A DNA stretch of 64,000 nt from assembly GCA_051047955.1 (NCBI GenBank), contig JBPGPT010000024.1, positions 124,001 to 188,000 of the forward strand, in the 5' to 3' direction. The DNA comes from Cystobasidiomycetes sp. EMM_F5. Taxonomy: Eukaryota. The notes beneath the pieces are model-generated. The model was not told where the DNA came from. It saw nothing but the letters and a program-made list of their open reading frames with translations, and searched no databases. This document shows, piece by piece, positions 46,099 to 58,221 of this stretch (position 1 is the first letter of the stretch; every line of letters begins with the position of its first letter). Both the position numbers and the translations under genes were made by a program.

Positions 46099-46561
46099 TC
46101 AGCAGTACTTTACGCCTCCTTCATTCTTGGCGGGAGGGTTGCAGTAGACTTCGTTCAGGTTTCCATTATCTGAGCAGCATGGAGTAGTTCTAGACGGTCC
46201 GTCAACCAACTGGTGAAGCATAGAGTTTGGTGCGCCTCAGCTAACAGCCAGTTGATGTACATTAAATGACACTCACCAAGCATGATGGAGTGTGAAGATC
46301 TGCAATCCAACCTTTGGCTGAGCTGCACACCCAGATTGATGATCTATCACTGCCGCAACGCCTTTGGGCCAAGATCATCAGCAGGAGCAGCAGGAGCAGC
46401 AGGAGCAGTGTTGCACATGCTCACCTCATTCCCGACTGGTCCTTAGCGGCAGGAACGTCGCAAGCGAGAGTGGGATGCTGAGCCACATCTGTGATTGGCA
46501 TAAGGTCGTCGCTTCGTACGCTCATTAGCATTATGATCGTTACAGCGAGGTGTTTGAGCAT
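46099..46561 (-). CDS. Small secreted cysteine-rich protein (8 Cys, 3 exons), copy 2
   Basis: Spliced: MLKHLAVTIIMLMSVRS-DDLMPITDVAQHPTLACDVPAAKDQSGMRRCGSDRSSIWVCSSAKGWIADLHTPSCLLVDGPSRTTPCCSDNGNLNEVYCNPPAKNEGGVKYC*. Same intron positions as copy 1. Confidence 0.82.
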
Positions 46562-46862
46562 GCTGGTGATACTGGTTTCGGCATGCGGAGATAGAGGGTC
46601 GGTTGGAACAGAACAAGCGACTCAGGAGAGTCGGAAGAGTGCTGCGAAAGCAGAAGTGGTTGACACGGGCAAGACAAGGGTCCGTCGTTTGAAAGCGGAG
46701 AGTGCCCGGCGGTCGGTTCCCATCGTCCGGGCAGCCGCGAAAACGTATGGATATGTTGTCCGTAGTAGTAAGCAAGACTTCTTTCAGTGTCAGTGCGTCC
46801 AATAGGCGATCAATGCACGACGACAAGGGCGTATCGCAGCTTCGCCCCATTTCGACATTATC

Positions 46863-47855
46863 ATGAGTGACTTGGGCCAGGCTGATGGATACGCGTCTCC
46901 CAAGATCCGGCTGATACTGATCCGTCATGGAGAGGTGCGCTGATGAGCAGGGTTCCCAGCAGTGACATGGGCTAACATTTGGTCTTCACCGTCAGACGGA
47001 CGATAACGCTCGTGGCATTATTCAGGGTCAAAAAGACACCCTTTTGAACGACAATGGCATATTACAAGCAAAGATTACAAGAGACTACCTGAAGAAGAAT
47101 GGAACTGTCATCGATGTGTGCTTCTCAAGCCCGTTACAACGAGCTAGAAAGGTGTGCTCGTTGCCTAATTACGATCCAAACGGCTAAGCACGTCACATAA
47201 GACCGCCGAAATCATTATGGAAGCATACCCTGGCGTATCTCTGATTAACGATGACCGTATCAAAGAGAGGGTATGGGATCAAATCGGACGATGGTGAAGA
47301 AAGGGAACTAACCTTGCTCGTCCATAGTATTTTGGGCTGGTTGAAGGCACTGCTTATTACACAGCGTCTGCGGCCGCTCGAGCCACTATGGAACCCGCTG
47401 AAGTATTTCATGGCCGTCTCCTTTCCTTCTTTGACGCGCTCTTCCCGCCGAAACGGCAGACGCAGTCAATATACCCGGATGTGCACACTAGGGATATCAA
47501 CATACTCTGCGTAACTCACGGAGCGGCCATCAAGACCTGGTTACAGCTACTTCTTCATCATCGAAGGATAGCCTGGCAGATTGAATCCGTAAGTGAAGCC
47601 CAAATGAGCATCTTGCGGATACACAATTGCAGTCTGTCCGAGGTTGGGCTGTCTTGGGGAAAGCACGATGCTCAACCTAGCGCGTCATGGCAAGGATGCA
47701 TCACTCGGTGGGTTGCAAACATCAGGCGGGCAGACCAGACGATGTCTAACGCTCATTATCTTAGATACGGAGATGATCGTCATTTCGAACTGGCCCGTGT
47801 GGAAGTCAAAGACAACACGGAGGCTGATTCAGCAGCATCTCAGAACGCGGAGTAA
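46863..47855 (+). CDS. Histidine phosphatase / phosphoglycerate mutase family protein (multi-exon)
   Basis: LILIRHGE|TDDNARGIIQGQKDTLLN, SSPLQRA, DDRIKER, ILCVTHGAAI, IHNCSLSEV. Confidence 0.9.
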
Positions 47856-48060
47856 GGCATCGTCAGTCTGATGCACATTCGACGTAAAACCGATACTAGA
47901 TGAGGTAAAATACTTGTAGACAAAGTCAGTCATCGTCCGCCTCGAGCTATACACAGAGCAGTCATTAGTACAGTATCTACACATTATTGATGTTCAACGA
48001 CACTCTTCTAATAACCGCACTATCACCACTTCCACCGTTGCTTATCTTCGTGCATTTCCA

Positions 48061-51000
48061 CTATGGCGTACTTTGGGCAGGTGGCAGGGGATCGACTGAG
48101 AGCTGTCGCTGTGGAGTGCGAGGCATCTGAGAGGGACTCATTGTCACCTGTGCAGTGTTTGGCACAGACTGAGCTGGCGTCCGAATGACGGAAGCTCTGG
48201 GCGATGTGGGCGATTCTGCCTGCTCGTGGACAGTATTGATGGTGCCTGAGCGTCCCTTCTTCCTGCGTAACGTATTTGGGCTTTGCAGAACAGGCAGTGA
48301 GAGGTTCATGGGTCCGAGCTTGATAGATCTAGATCGCTTGCGTCCGGCATCTGCTGTTTGCATGTTCCTCAGCGAGCTAGGTCGGCTGCTCGTCGACAAT
48401 CTCGGTCGTGGGTCTTCATCGAAAGCAAAGCCACGGCTCGACATTGGCACAAGCGCTCCGGAAGTGTCTGTCATTCTTCTACCCTGTTGACCAAGAGATT
48501 GCAGGGGAACGCCCTCCGGGTGCGGAGCAGGGGCCGGGGCGTGATACTTTTGCTTCTGCCGCATGGCTGGCATATTAGGATCGTGCTCGAAGTCATGATG
48601 AGGATCCTTCTTGGCTATATACTTCAGTACGTCTATATCGTTTGCCCGGTAATTCTCGTTCCAGTAGCGCATGAAGTATTTTGGCAACATACACAAGAAG
48701 AAGCAGAAAACTACACAAGAGAAGTCAGCTTACAGCACCTCAGCCGCTTCAGTGCTTTTGAACGTACGCATTCCGAACCAAAAGTATGCCGAAGGCCATA
48801 GGAACTTGTTCAGTCCGTATACGCTTGTCCAGATCCATCCGGGCGAGATGGAGGCATACACGGCCGTGTAGCATAGAATGAGGACAGGTCCCAGCAGGAC
48901 ACCAGCCAATACCCACCAATTCCACGAGTAGGTGTTGAAACCATTGTAGAAATTGGCCGTGATGACTGCAATTATAGCCATGACGGTCGAGAACTCATAA
49001 ATGTAGACGCTGTATCCATCTGTTCTGGCTGTCGTCGTATTGTATGTGTAAGCAAGGAAGAAGTATATGACGGCAGACTATGCGGACAGTCAGCCGATGC
49101 GCCCGACTCCTTAAATTTATTTCATGACTTACAGCGTATACTCCGTCAATCATGTAAATGCAGAAGCGCTTCAAGCCAAACCACAGGTTTGCGATACCGT
49201 AGCGATAGATCTCTGGCACTCGCATAATAATATCTGCACCCAGGTTTCTATCGAAGACACCCATGGCGATCACGGGCACGAGAGTCCAGAAGACGTTCCA
49301 GAACAGGATGTACTGCGGAATGATGTTAATACGAGACCCACTGCTATGCAATGAAGACTTACGGTATATTCGTAGACTGTCGTAGTTGAGAAAGCACAGT
49401 AGAACTGGAAGAAGAACAGAATCCCGATGCCAATAATTTCCTTGTAGAAGAAGTTTACAATCATACTTGGAACAAACGAGTCAGTCTGCTGGTAATCGTG
49501 CTGTCACGAGCCTCGACTCACTCTGAGTTTCGCATGTACGACCAGTGACCGTGTACAAAGAGCAGTTTGCAGAGGAAACGGAACTGTCCGATAGCGTAAT
49601 CCGATGAGTTTACGGCTTGTAAGCCTTCTTCTCCAGCAACGCCCACGCCAACATCTGCAGCTTGGATCATGGAGACATCGTTGGCACCGTCACCGATAGC
49701 CAAGCACATGGAACCAAGACCTTCCTTGACGAGCTTGACGATGAGTGCTTTTTGTAAAGGCGAGACACGGCAGCAAATGACAGCTTTGCATTGAGTCGCC
49801 AGGTAAAGTAGCATTTCCTTGCTGTAATCCTCGCCAAGCGCATGGGTAAGCGACGAGCCGTCTATGACCAAACCGAAACCTCCGGGTTTCCTTCCATTGT
49901 CATCGTCAACAAACTCCGAAAGTCCCGACATACCAGTCTGCACACGCTGCAAGCCGTTCGGCTGGCTGCGGCGCCGGCTAGACTGGCTGCGTCGCATGAC
50001 TGGTCGTCCATCATAGTCAGGTGGCTGATATTCGAACGCATCAATCTCGTCCTCGGCGTGGAAGAAATTGATGAGTGCATTCTTCATCTGTGAGTATGCG
50101 CTACGAGGCTGCCCGTAAGCTCCACCTCGGATGACAATGAGATTCATGTCGCGGGCGAGTAGGTTTGAGCTCATTCCGATGGCAATGGCAGTTTCGAGTT
50201 TGTCACCAGTGGCAACCCAGACCTTGATGCCAGCTCGCTTGAGATCAGCAATGGCCTCAGGCACGCCATCTTGTAGCTTGTCTTCAATGGCAGTGGCTCC
50301 AAGTAGAGTGAGTTCATTCTCAATGTCGCCGGCCACACGCTCAATCTCTTCGTCGCGATTGTCAATCAACAGCGTAGCTTCGTGGTATCTTTGCGCCCAA
50401 ACCCTGTAATCCTCCTCGGGAACGTGCTTCCAGGCCAAAGTCAAAGTTCGTAATCCTTCGCTTGCAAACTCCTCGAGGTGGCCATCAGTCGTCTTCTTGA
50501 GCTGATCATTGCCAGCAGTCAAGCGTTCAAAGATAATATTATCGGCTCCTTTTGCAAAGAGGATAATGGGCTGCTTCGCCGTCGTGCCATCCTCCGGAAT
50601 CTTGCGCAGAAGAACAGACATACGCTTTCGGGCACTGGTGAATTCCAGAGTGTTGAGAAGTTCATACTTGTCCAACGTGGAGCTTCCAGGTGTTTGCAGA
50701 TGGAGTATATTGCTATCACGACCTCGGAAGACAAATCCTACGTCCGCTGCCGCCTGCACGAGCGCCGCTTCATCCGGAGACTGAGCCTTGTATTCAATCT
50801 GACCATCACTAAAGCTGGCGAGAACGGTATGACACAGACCGAGATTGGTGAAAAACATCGTCACGCGGTCTGCTTCAGTACCACCGGCAGCCAAGACTTG
50901 GTCGATAGCAGCATCGTGGTAAGGTGCAGCCACTTCAGCGGGCAGTTTAGTCTTCTTCTTCTCGTCGTTGATGTCAGCGTGCACCTTGGTATGTTCCTCG

Positions 51001-53381
51001 GAAGAAGCAGAATCACTACCCGTGGACAGCTGAGCATTTTCTGCAATGTCTTGCCGCAGAGCCTGTTCCTTGCCTGCACCTTTTGGCACAACAGTCCCGG
51101 ATGGCGTCTCGCCGTCACCTTTGAATATCCGACCGCCAACTGAACAATGACGGAACTGCATGATATTCTGAGTGAGGGTACCAGTTTTGTCCGAGAAGAT
51201 GTATTCAATCTGTCCGAGATCATCTGACAAGTTCCACGACCGAGCAAGCGTTCGTCGACTGGTCGGCTCGTATTTGATGTCGTCGTCTGCCCAGATGAAG
51301 AATGCTTGCACCGTTCGCACAAACTCGATGGAAATGTAAAGGGAGATGGGAACAATATTCTGGAAAGTAATCATGGCGTTTGCGAATGCGACGAGTCCGT
51401 TTATTTGCGGGTTGTCGTCACTTCGATTGGCGCCGTACTCCCAGTATGCATTTCGGTCATAGTAGTAGACTTCCATGAAATGGTCGCCGATAGCGCACAT
51501 GATACACATGAGTGCCAAGAGGAACAAATTGAGGAAAACCATTGGATTCATCTGCCTCTCCACCTTGCTTCGCTTGGATGGGGTGCCACCAGAGTTCATG
51601 ACGATTTTCGTATCGATTCCGGTAAAGACGACGATTCCAATCACCCAGTCTGTGTTTCTCAATACACATCCTCGAAGCAGGGTTGTAGTGAGGTTGGCAG
51701 GAGCCCGTAGTGGCTGACCTTCGGAATCCTTTCGACCATCGGCAATCTCGACTGAGGCGTTATACTTGAACATATTGACATCTGGTGCTTCGCTCTTGAT
51801 GAGGAATCGAGCACGCGCTGCATCTTTCGCCGATCGAATATGCGTGAGCTCCGGGATAGCTTGACGGACTTTGAGATTCGTCTCGCCGTCCAGATTCTTG
51901 GTTTCAATATAGCAGACGTTCTCTTCCTCGGATGTAGAGCAGATGATGACGTCGGCAGGGATGGAATCTCCGTCTGTCAATCGGATGAAATCTCCGACGC
52001 GAACGTCCTCCCACCGTTCGCGCTTCCAGTGCGCATCGTGTTCACTTCTAGTCTTCTTTTCTGCCGAAGTCTCTGGTCGCACAACTCGATCCGTAGAGGA
52101 GACGGAGTGGACTTGATTGTATGCGTTAGGCTCAGACCCCAGCGAAGCTGTCCCGGGCTGGTCTTCGTTGTAGTCGAAAAAGACGGTATCTACTCTTGGA
52201 GCTTGTGGTCTCTTAGCTGGAGTGGAGGGTCCAAGACTGAGCCCTCGCTTCCTTTTACTACCTGTCCCCTTCTCAGATTGACCGTTGCTTGTAGCAGTAT
52301 CCTTTGGCGTATGTTTACGGCTGCCCCACCAGTGACGCTGGACCTTTGAACTCAAGATTTCATCACTGTCATTGGAGCCATTATCAGGCAGTCCGTCTCG
52401 TGCAGCTTCGGAATCCTTCTCGGCACGCTTGGTGGCGCTCCTGCCCAGGAAGGGAAACAGCGTTCCTACCCATCGCATACTTATTGCACGAGTCTTGTTT
52501 GCCGTCAGATTGACATTGTGGACTGTCGGGCCTGCCAAGACGTGACAGCCGAGGTTGTTGATGAACCTGTCCGATTGATGACGCTTGAAGTCTTCGTAGG
52601 CATCCTTTAGTGCAGTGATGGCAAGTACGACGAGCAGTGGCATTGCTGCGAGAGCAGGAGAGACGTTGGTAAACCGCGGAAAGAATTGAAGAATGACGAG
52701 AATCAAGAAGAAGATGTTTGCGATACGCCGAAACTGCTCGAGCAGATTCTTGGGAAGAAACGTGACGACATTGTATTTTGAAGTCAACACCTGCGTAGCG
52801 AATGTCTGTTCTTAGTAAATGTTCCCCGCGATTGCGCATGATGCAGGGTATGCCCACCTGATTGCTAGGGTACTGCCAGTTCTTATCGGGCGTCTTTCCG
52901 ACCTTGCGCTCCACCTTTTCCGGGGCGACACCATCCTTGAGCTGCTTCTTGCCTGTTCTAGTAGGTTCCCAGCATATTTCCGGGAGCGGGACATCGACGT
53001 AGACTGTTCTTGGGACTGGCGGTCGTCGTTTCGGCTCAAACAGAGCCAAGAGGTCAAAGTTTGTCACTGCGGGGGGCGGATAGCAGCAGGAGCAGTGTCA
53101 GCGCGTGTCCGTGGGATATATAACATGCCCGCGCTGCTGAATATCGCCTGCGATATCGATCCACGGCATGGCCGAGCCAAACCTCGGTGAGCGTTGGCAT
53201 CGGCTGGGCTTAGGACTCGAGTGCTTCGCTGCCTCTCAGTAGGACACTCCGAGCACTCACGCTTGTCTGTTGTCCGAGTGTACCAGTTGTTGGCGCGTCT
53301 CTTTCGCTTTTTCGGGGTAACCTGGACATCCTGTGGCCGCTCGACGTTTGCGGGCGTCGAGCCCGTCCCGAAGAGGGGCAT
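48061..53381 (-). CDS. P4-type ATPase phospholipid flippase (Dnf1/Dnf2-like; multi-exon)
   Basis: TSKYN..TFLPKNLLEQFRRIAN, ETKNLDGETNLK, VPISLYISIE, DKTGTLT phosphorylation site, AQSPDEAALV, TGDK, CCRVSPLQKA, IGDGANDVSMIQ. Confidence 0.96.
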
Positions 53382-54177
53382 GGCCGTCGGGTGGTGCTGC
53401 GAGTGATTGCCCGAGTATGCCTGTTTATTGGGGACTCTTGACTGTCTTCTTCAATATGGCCCACAATTGCTGCTGACTGACCGACAGCAACGTGATTGAG
53501 TGTCGTACTGCTCTCCACCGGGGCAGTGTCTAGTCAGGTAGTGCTGATGCCCAGCCAGCCAGTCAGTGAGTAATGCCAGATATTCAATATTGAAGTCCAG
53601 TCGTCGCAGCTTTGACAGACTTTCAATTTGGCTGCCAGTTTGAGATGCCGCGTCAAGCAAGAGTTGACTAATGCAAAGAATTCCGCATTATGTGCGAGAA
53701 TATACCAATCCGCAGGCTGATGCACTGACAACGACTGCCAAGGTGTAAACACGCTCACTCCCGTTGTCCGCGTACGCAAAGCTTCCGATTTGACATTCGT
53801 TGACGGGTATTACGCTGCTATCTCCGCAATCTCAAGCGGCCTCGTTCATGGCACTATCGCCTTCAGACTCTAACGTATATCAGATCTGTAGCACCGATAA
53901 CGCTTCACCCTCCCCGGCCAAGTCCCCCGGGCTGATTCCGCCGGCAGGTCGCCAGAACACCACTTATTGATGAGAACCTGTGGATGATGTAGAGTCTCCG
54001 CACAAAGGCCCGCAAGACTCTTTGTTCCCATTCACGAGAAACTACAGAGACTCTACACCTGTCTGGTCTTCGCATTCTCTCCATTCATTCGACATTCACA
54101 TTCATTCGCCATAAATCTACTTGCAGCATTTGACGACTGCAACTAATAACATACGCACCCCATCTCACCAAAACACG

Positions 54178-54542
54178 ATGCGATACACTTCAAACATCCT
54201 CTCCACATCCGCTATGCTCGTGGCCGGGCTATCATCCGTCTTTGCCGATGGCGCTGGATATGCTGAGGGCGCCGGACATACTATCGGCGCACCCTGTCCA
54301 ATAGAAGGTCAGCGAGGAGTGAGTGGATGTGTTATACCATGGCATGAGGGTCCTGCATAGATTACAGACTGATCTTCCTGCGCTCGTAACAGTGCGAGTA
54401 CTTTGGCGCCCACATCACCCTCGTCTGCGCAGATGGCGCCTGGAAGCAACGACTCGACTGCCATCAAGGTGTCTGTAGCCTCTTTGGAACGTGTGAAATG
54501 TTGGAAAAGAGGAGGTTGGCCACACCTGCACGTGTATCGTGA
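54178..54542 (+). CDS. Small secreted cysteine-rich protein (6 Cys, 2 exons)
   Basis: MRYTSNILSTSAMLVAGLSSVFA-DGAG..CPIEGQRG|CEYFGAHITLVCADGAWKQRLDCHQGVCSLFGTCEMLEKRRLATPARVS* via a GTGAGT..CTGAT..CAG intron. Confidence 0.75.
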
Positions 54543-54786
54543 GGACCAATGTCTGGTCAAGCCCATATATCATGGTCATTGACATCGCCATTGAGCAATA
54601 TCTGGCTCGCAGAAACATTGACAATAATACGAAGTTTCCTTGTTATTTATATTAAGCTCAGACGTTGTTAAACATAGTATGCACGACATCTCAGGCCAGG
54701 TTTCGTGAATTACGCAAGATCTTCGGATCTACCAATCGCTGCGTACACCGCAATACAATTTTGCGAGATATTGGGGAAAAGGCAGT

Positions 54787-56449
54787 CTATTCGCACATGA
54801 CCTCTACGGACTGGCCACAATCCAGTGCCATAAAGCTACTATGACCCGATGCATGGGTAACTGCTGGCGAGTCGTGTAGCCTGGATTGGTGAAATGCAAT
54901 GTCCTTCCGTTGACATGCTTCGTACAGTCCTTCCAAGGCTTGTAAAGTCTGCGAGATGCTTAGTCAGTTCTGAGACTATTATAAGCCGACGGCATAAATA
55001 CCTCCAAGGGACTTCCTACGAATGTACCGAAATGTATCGCAATGCTATGCTTGCTCTTCAAGTCAATATGCATATCCACGGCATCTTTCGGTGTCGAATG
55101 CACACTCCTCGTGAATGATTCAGGTTTAAGCTGTGGTGTAGTCGGTATCTAAGTTTGATGGCGTTTACGAAACTGAGACAGCTTACCGCGATCCCAAATT
55201 TGGACAGAAACGATAGTGACGCGCCACGCCAGATTGGGATAAAGGATAGATCGAACGGCCCATAGCGCTTCGCGATGGCTGTGAAGGCCGAAAAGACAGG
55301 TCCGTCATCCTGCGCACGATATCCTGTATCCCTGTGTCACATTGACTTTAGCATTCGCAATACGTATGACCCATTAGTAGTGTCCTCACCCTCCAAAGAA
55401 TACGCTCGATACAACGCTCCTGTTCCTAGATCGTGTACGCACTACCCAGCTTGACCACAGTGATTTGTTCCAGTCAAATATTGCTCGTGCTGTCGAATTT
55501 CCGAAGTTCAGTAGTGTACCCGCATCTACTACGGCCGAGAGACGAACAGCTGTTGTGTTGCGCAGGTGTGCATGCGACCTCGAGATATGAATGATGACAT
55601 TCCGAAAGAATGCATCCACAAGTGTGGAAATGCAGCTCCTCCCACCAGGCCAACTCGTGAATCTGATCACTTTCAATTGCAATCTTCTTGAGAACATCAC
55701 CGTTGCCTGTTTGTTGAGCTCGTCAATTTGGAAGCCGTTATAGATTGTGCAGATCATACCAAGGGGGACGCAGTAGAGTATGTCTGGCTGCAAGTTATGC
55801 AGTGCCTGCAGCGTCGGTGCGTCCAAGTGATCGTAGCTGTCAATCAAAGCATGAACACATGAAAAGCAGCTGGGTCGATAACAGCTTACTGATTGTGACT
55901 TAAGCACACAACGTCGATGCTAGGAAGGTCGACTACTTGACACGGCGGTTCCAGCAGTCTCCTGGGCCTTTTCGTAGATGATTTAATTTTCCGAAAGATT
56001 TGACAGACAAGTTACGCACCCTATGAACGATAAGGGAGAAGCTCGTTCGCTAAATATGGGATCAAACAGGATCTTGAAAATGCCATCTGCCGTCTTCAAC
56101 TGTACAAGAATAGTCTATGGAGTGCTTCAGCGGTACGAAAGTCGGCTAGCAACTGAAAGACTTACTGCGTGTCCGAGCCAAGTCGCTCTACAGCAACTTT
56201 GCCGAGCAGGCGCCGACATATCCGGTATGATGACATTTGTCGCTAACACCACGATGAGCCTGCACTAGCAACACCGCGGCGCAAGGCAGCTTTCATACCT
56301 CTTACGGGCACAGATGCTTCTTTGATGCGTACGAATGGATTTCGCGATAGTTCCCGCCGCAAGGAGACTTGTGCTGACTGCTCGGTGAGCCTCCATCGGC
56401 CTGATTTGCGGTAGAGGCTGGCTCTTCGATCAGGTATATCGGTCACCAT
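54787..56449 (-). CDS. Metallo-beta-lactamase-fold hydrolase, NAPE-PLD/Fmp30-like (many exons; start uncertain)
   Basis: ILFDPIFSERASP, VLSHNH|YDHLD, TPAQHNS, LWSSWVV, FFGG|DTGY, YGPFDLSFIPI, HSTPKDAVDMH..SIAIHFGTF. Confidence 0.85.
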
Positions 56450-57046
56450 TTGATCAAGTTTGTCATGCGTGAAAGCTCGTATTGATGATATATGCCCCGA
56501 CAGGATCTGTAATGAAATTTATCGAGTGACTTCATACAGCTTGACTGTCTCTCCGTCGGGCAGGGCCGTGTAAGCATGTCAGTGAGACTTTTGTCGACAG
56601 TAAGAGTCAGCATCTGCCGTGAAAACACGTTTCAATGGGATGTCTTTTCGTTGTGAACTAGTTAGTCCCAGCCATTGCGACGAACACCCTTATGCGCCGG
56701 CCAGCAGCCGGGAGCCAATCATCAACTGATGGGCATGGTAGACGTGACTGAAAGCAGGAGACTCATGGTTGATATCGGCTGCCACTCCGTCCAAAGACTG
56801 TCGTAGTTTCGTAAAAAATGTATGATATTCATTTACGTTTGCAGAGCCTGATCCACGGCATCGCCCAGGGCAAACATCCGACGCAATGTGAATCAGTAGG
56901 ATGTGAAGAAGTGTAGCGTACTGCATGGATAATGCTTTCGTGACGATAGTATGCATGCTCCCAGTCCGCGCTGCATGCATGACGTAGTGATGAGCCGGTC
57001 GACGCAGCCTTCACGAAAGCAAGGGCTCCCTCGCTGTCCACCAAAT

Positions 57047-57977
57047 ATGCGTATACTGGTTCTGGGCGCGTCCGGTAAGTCCTGCTGTTCTTCATTGCCT
57101 TGCTTTAGTCTAACCGCATTCCGTGATTATGGTGCAGGCGCTTCTGGTCTGGCCTTCATCCAAGAAGTCGTCGCACATAATGACTTGGAGCTCGTATTAT
57201 ACGTTCGCAGTCCCAGCAAGATACCAGACGAGTTCACATCATCGAGCAAAGTCAAGGTCGTCACTGGGCAGTTGAATGATTCCAAAGCCTTGTCCGATGC
57301 ACTCGAAGGCGTCGATGCGGTTGTCAGCTTCCTGGTCAGAATGCTCATTCGCCTCTGATAGCGCAGTCCTGACGCTAATGCTTCTTTCGATAGGGCCCAG
57401 GTCCCTCGTTCGCCAGCGTTGGCCATGCAATTTTCAGAATGCCACCGACTGTGTGTCATCAGATACTGGCAGATCGGTCGCATTTCCTAACGTTGGATGT
57501 ATTCCCTAGCCCATCGCCGATGCATTCCCAGCCCTCTTCGAAGCTATGCGGATGAAGGGCGTGAAACGCATTCTTGCGCTATCTACACCAAGCTATCTGC
57601 TTTCTGGCGAGAGAGTGTGCTGACCTCATCTTACACGACGCACATCTTCAGGAAGCCTGACGTTACCTCTATAGATTGGACCGTACTGGGCAGGAATCAT
57701 CACGGGCATCTGGGCAATAGCTCCGCAAGGTCGGGCTGAAATGCGAGGGATCGCACAACATATGCTAGTCCAAGATGATCTAGACTGGACCGTCTTTCGC
57801 GTTCCAGTACTCACAAATGGTTCTGGTGATCTTCCCGTCTCCGCTGGGTTCCTAAGCAGCTCCGACTATGCAGGTGGAGGATGGTCGTTGAGCCGAGCAA
57901 GTCTCGCAAAGTGGGTTATCGAGGAGGTCAAGAGTCCAAAGTGGATAAAACAACTGCCAGCATTAAGTAACAAGTAG
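57047..57977 (+). CDS. NAD(P)H-binding atypical SDR (NAD_binding_10 / flavin reductase-like; multi-exon)
   Basis: MRILVLGASG.SG, LYVRSPSKIP, GVDAVVSFLGP, GVKRILALSTPS, LDWTVFRVP.LTNG, LSRASLAKWV. Confidence 0.88.
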
Positions 57978-58221
57978 GGGCTGTATGCAGGAAAGGATAC
58001 AGGCTAGGAGATGGAAGCCAAAGTTCTGCATATATCATTCAAGCAACAAAGACGAAATGTGACATGTCATCTAACTCGGTCGATGCTCTCTTCTATGTTT
58101 GTTACAACGACTCGTATGCAAGTCGGTCTTCATGGAATATTCCAAGTATTGTCAGAAAGGGTAGCATCGAGCCTGGATCCTGAAGCCGGTTAAGCTATAT
58201 AGCCCCATCGACAGACCCGCG

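Noticed and set aside
53900..53960. AAGTCCCCCGG resembling the RNase MRP P4 5' strand
   Set aside because: Lacks the GAAAGUCCCC context, and no complementary downstream P4 strand was found.
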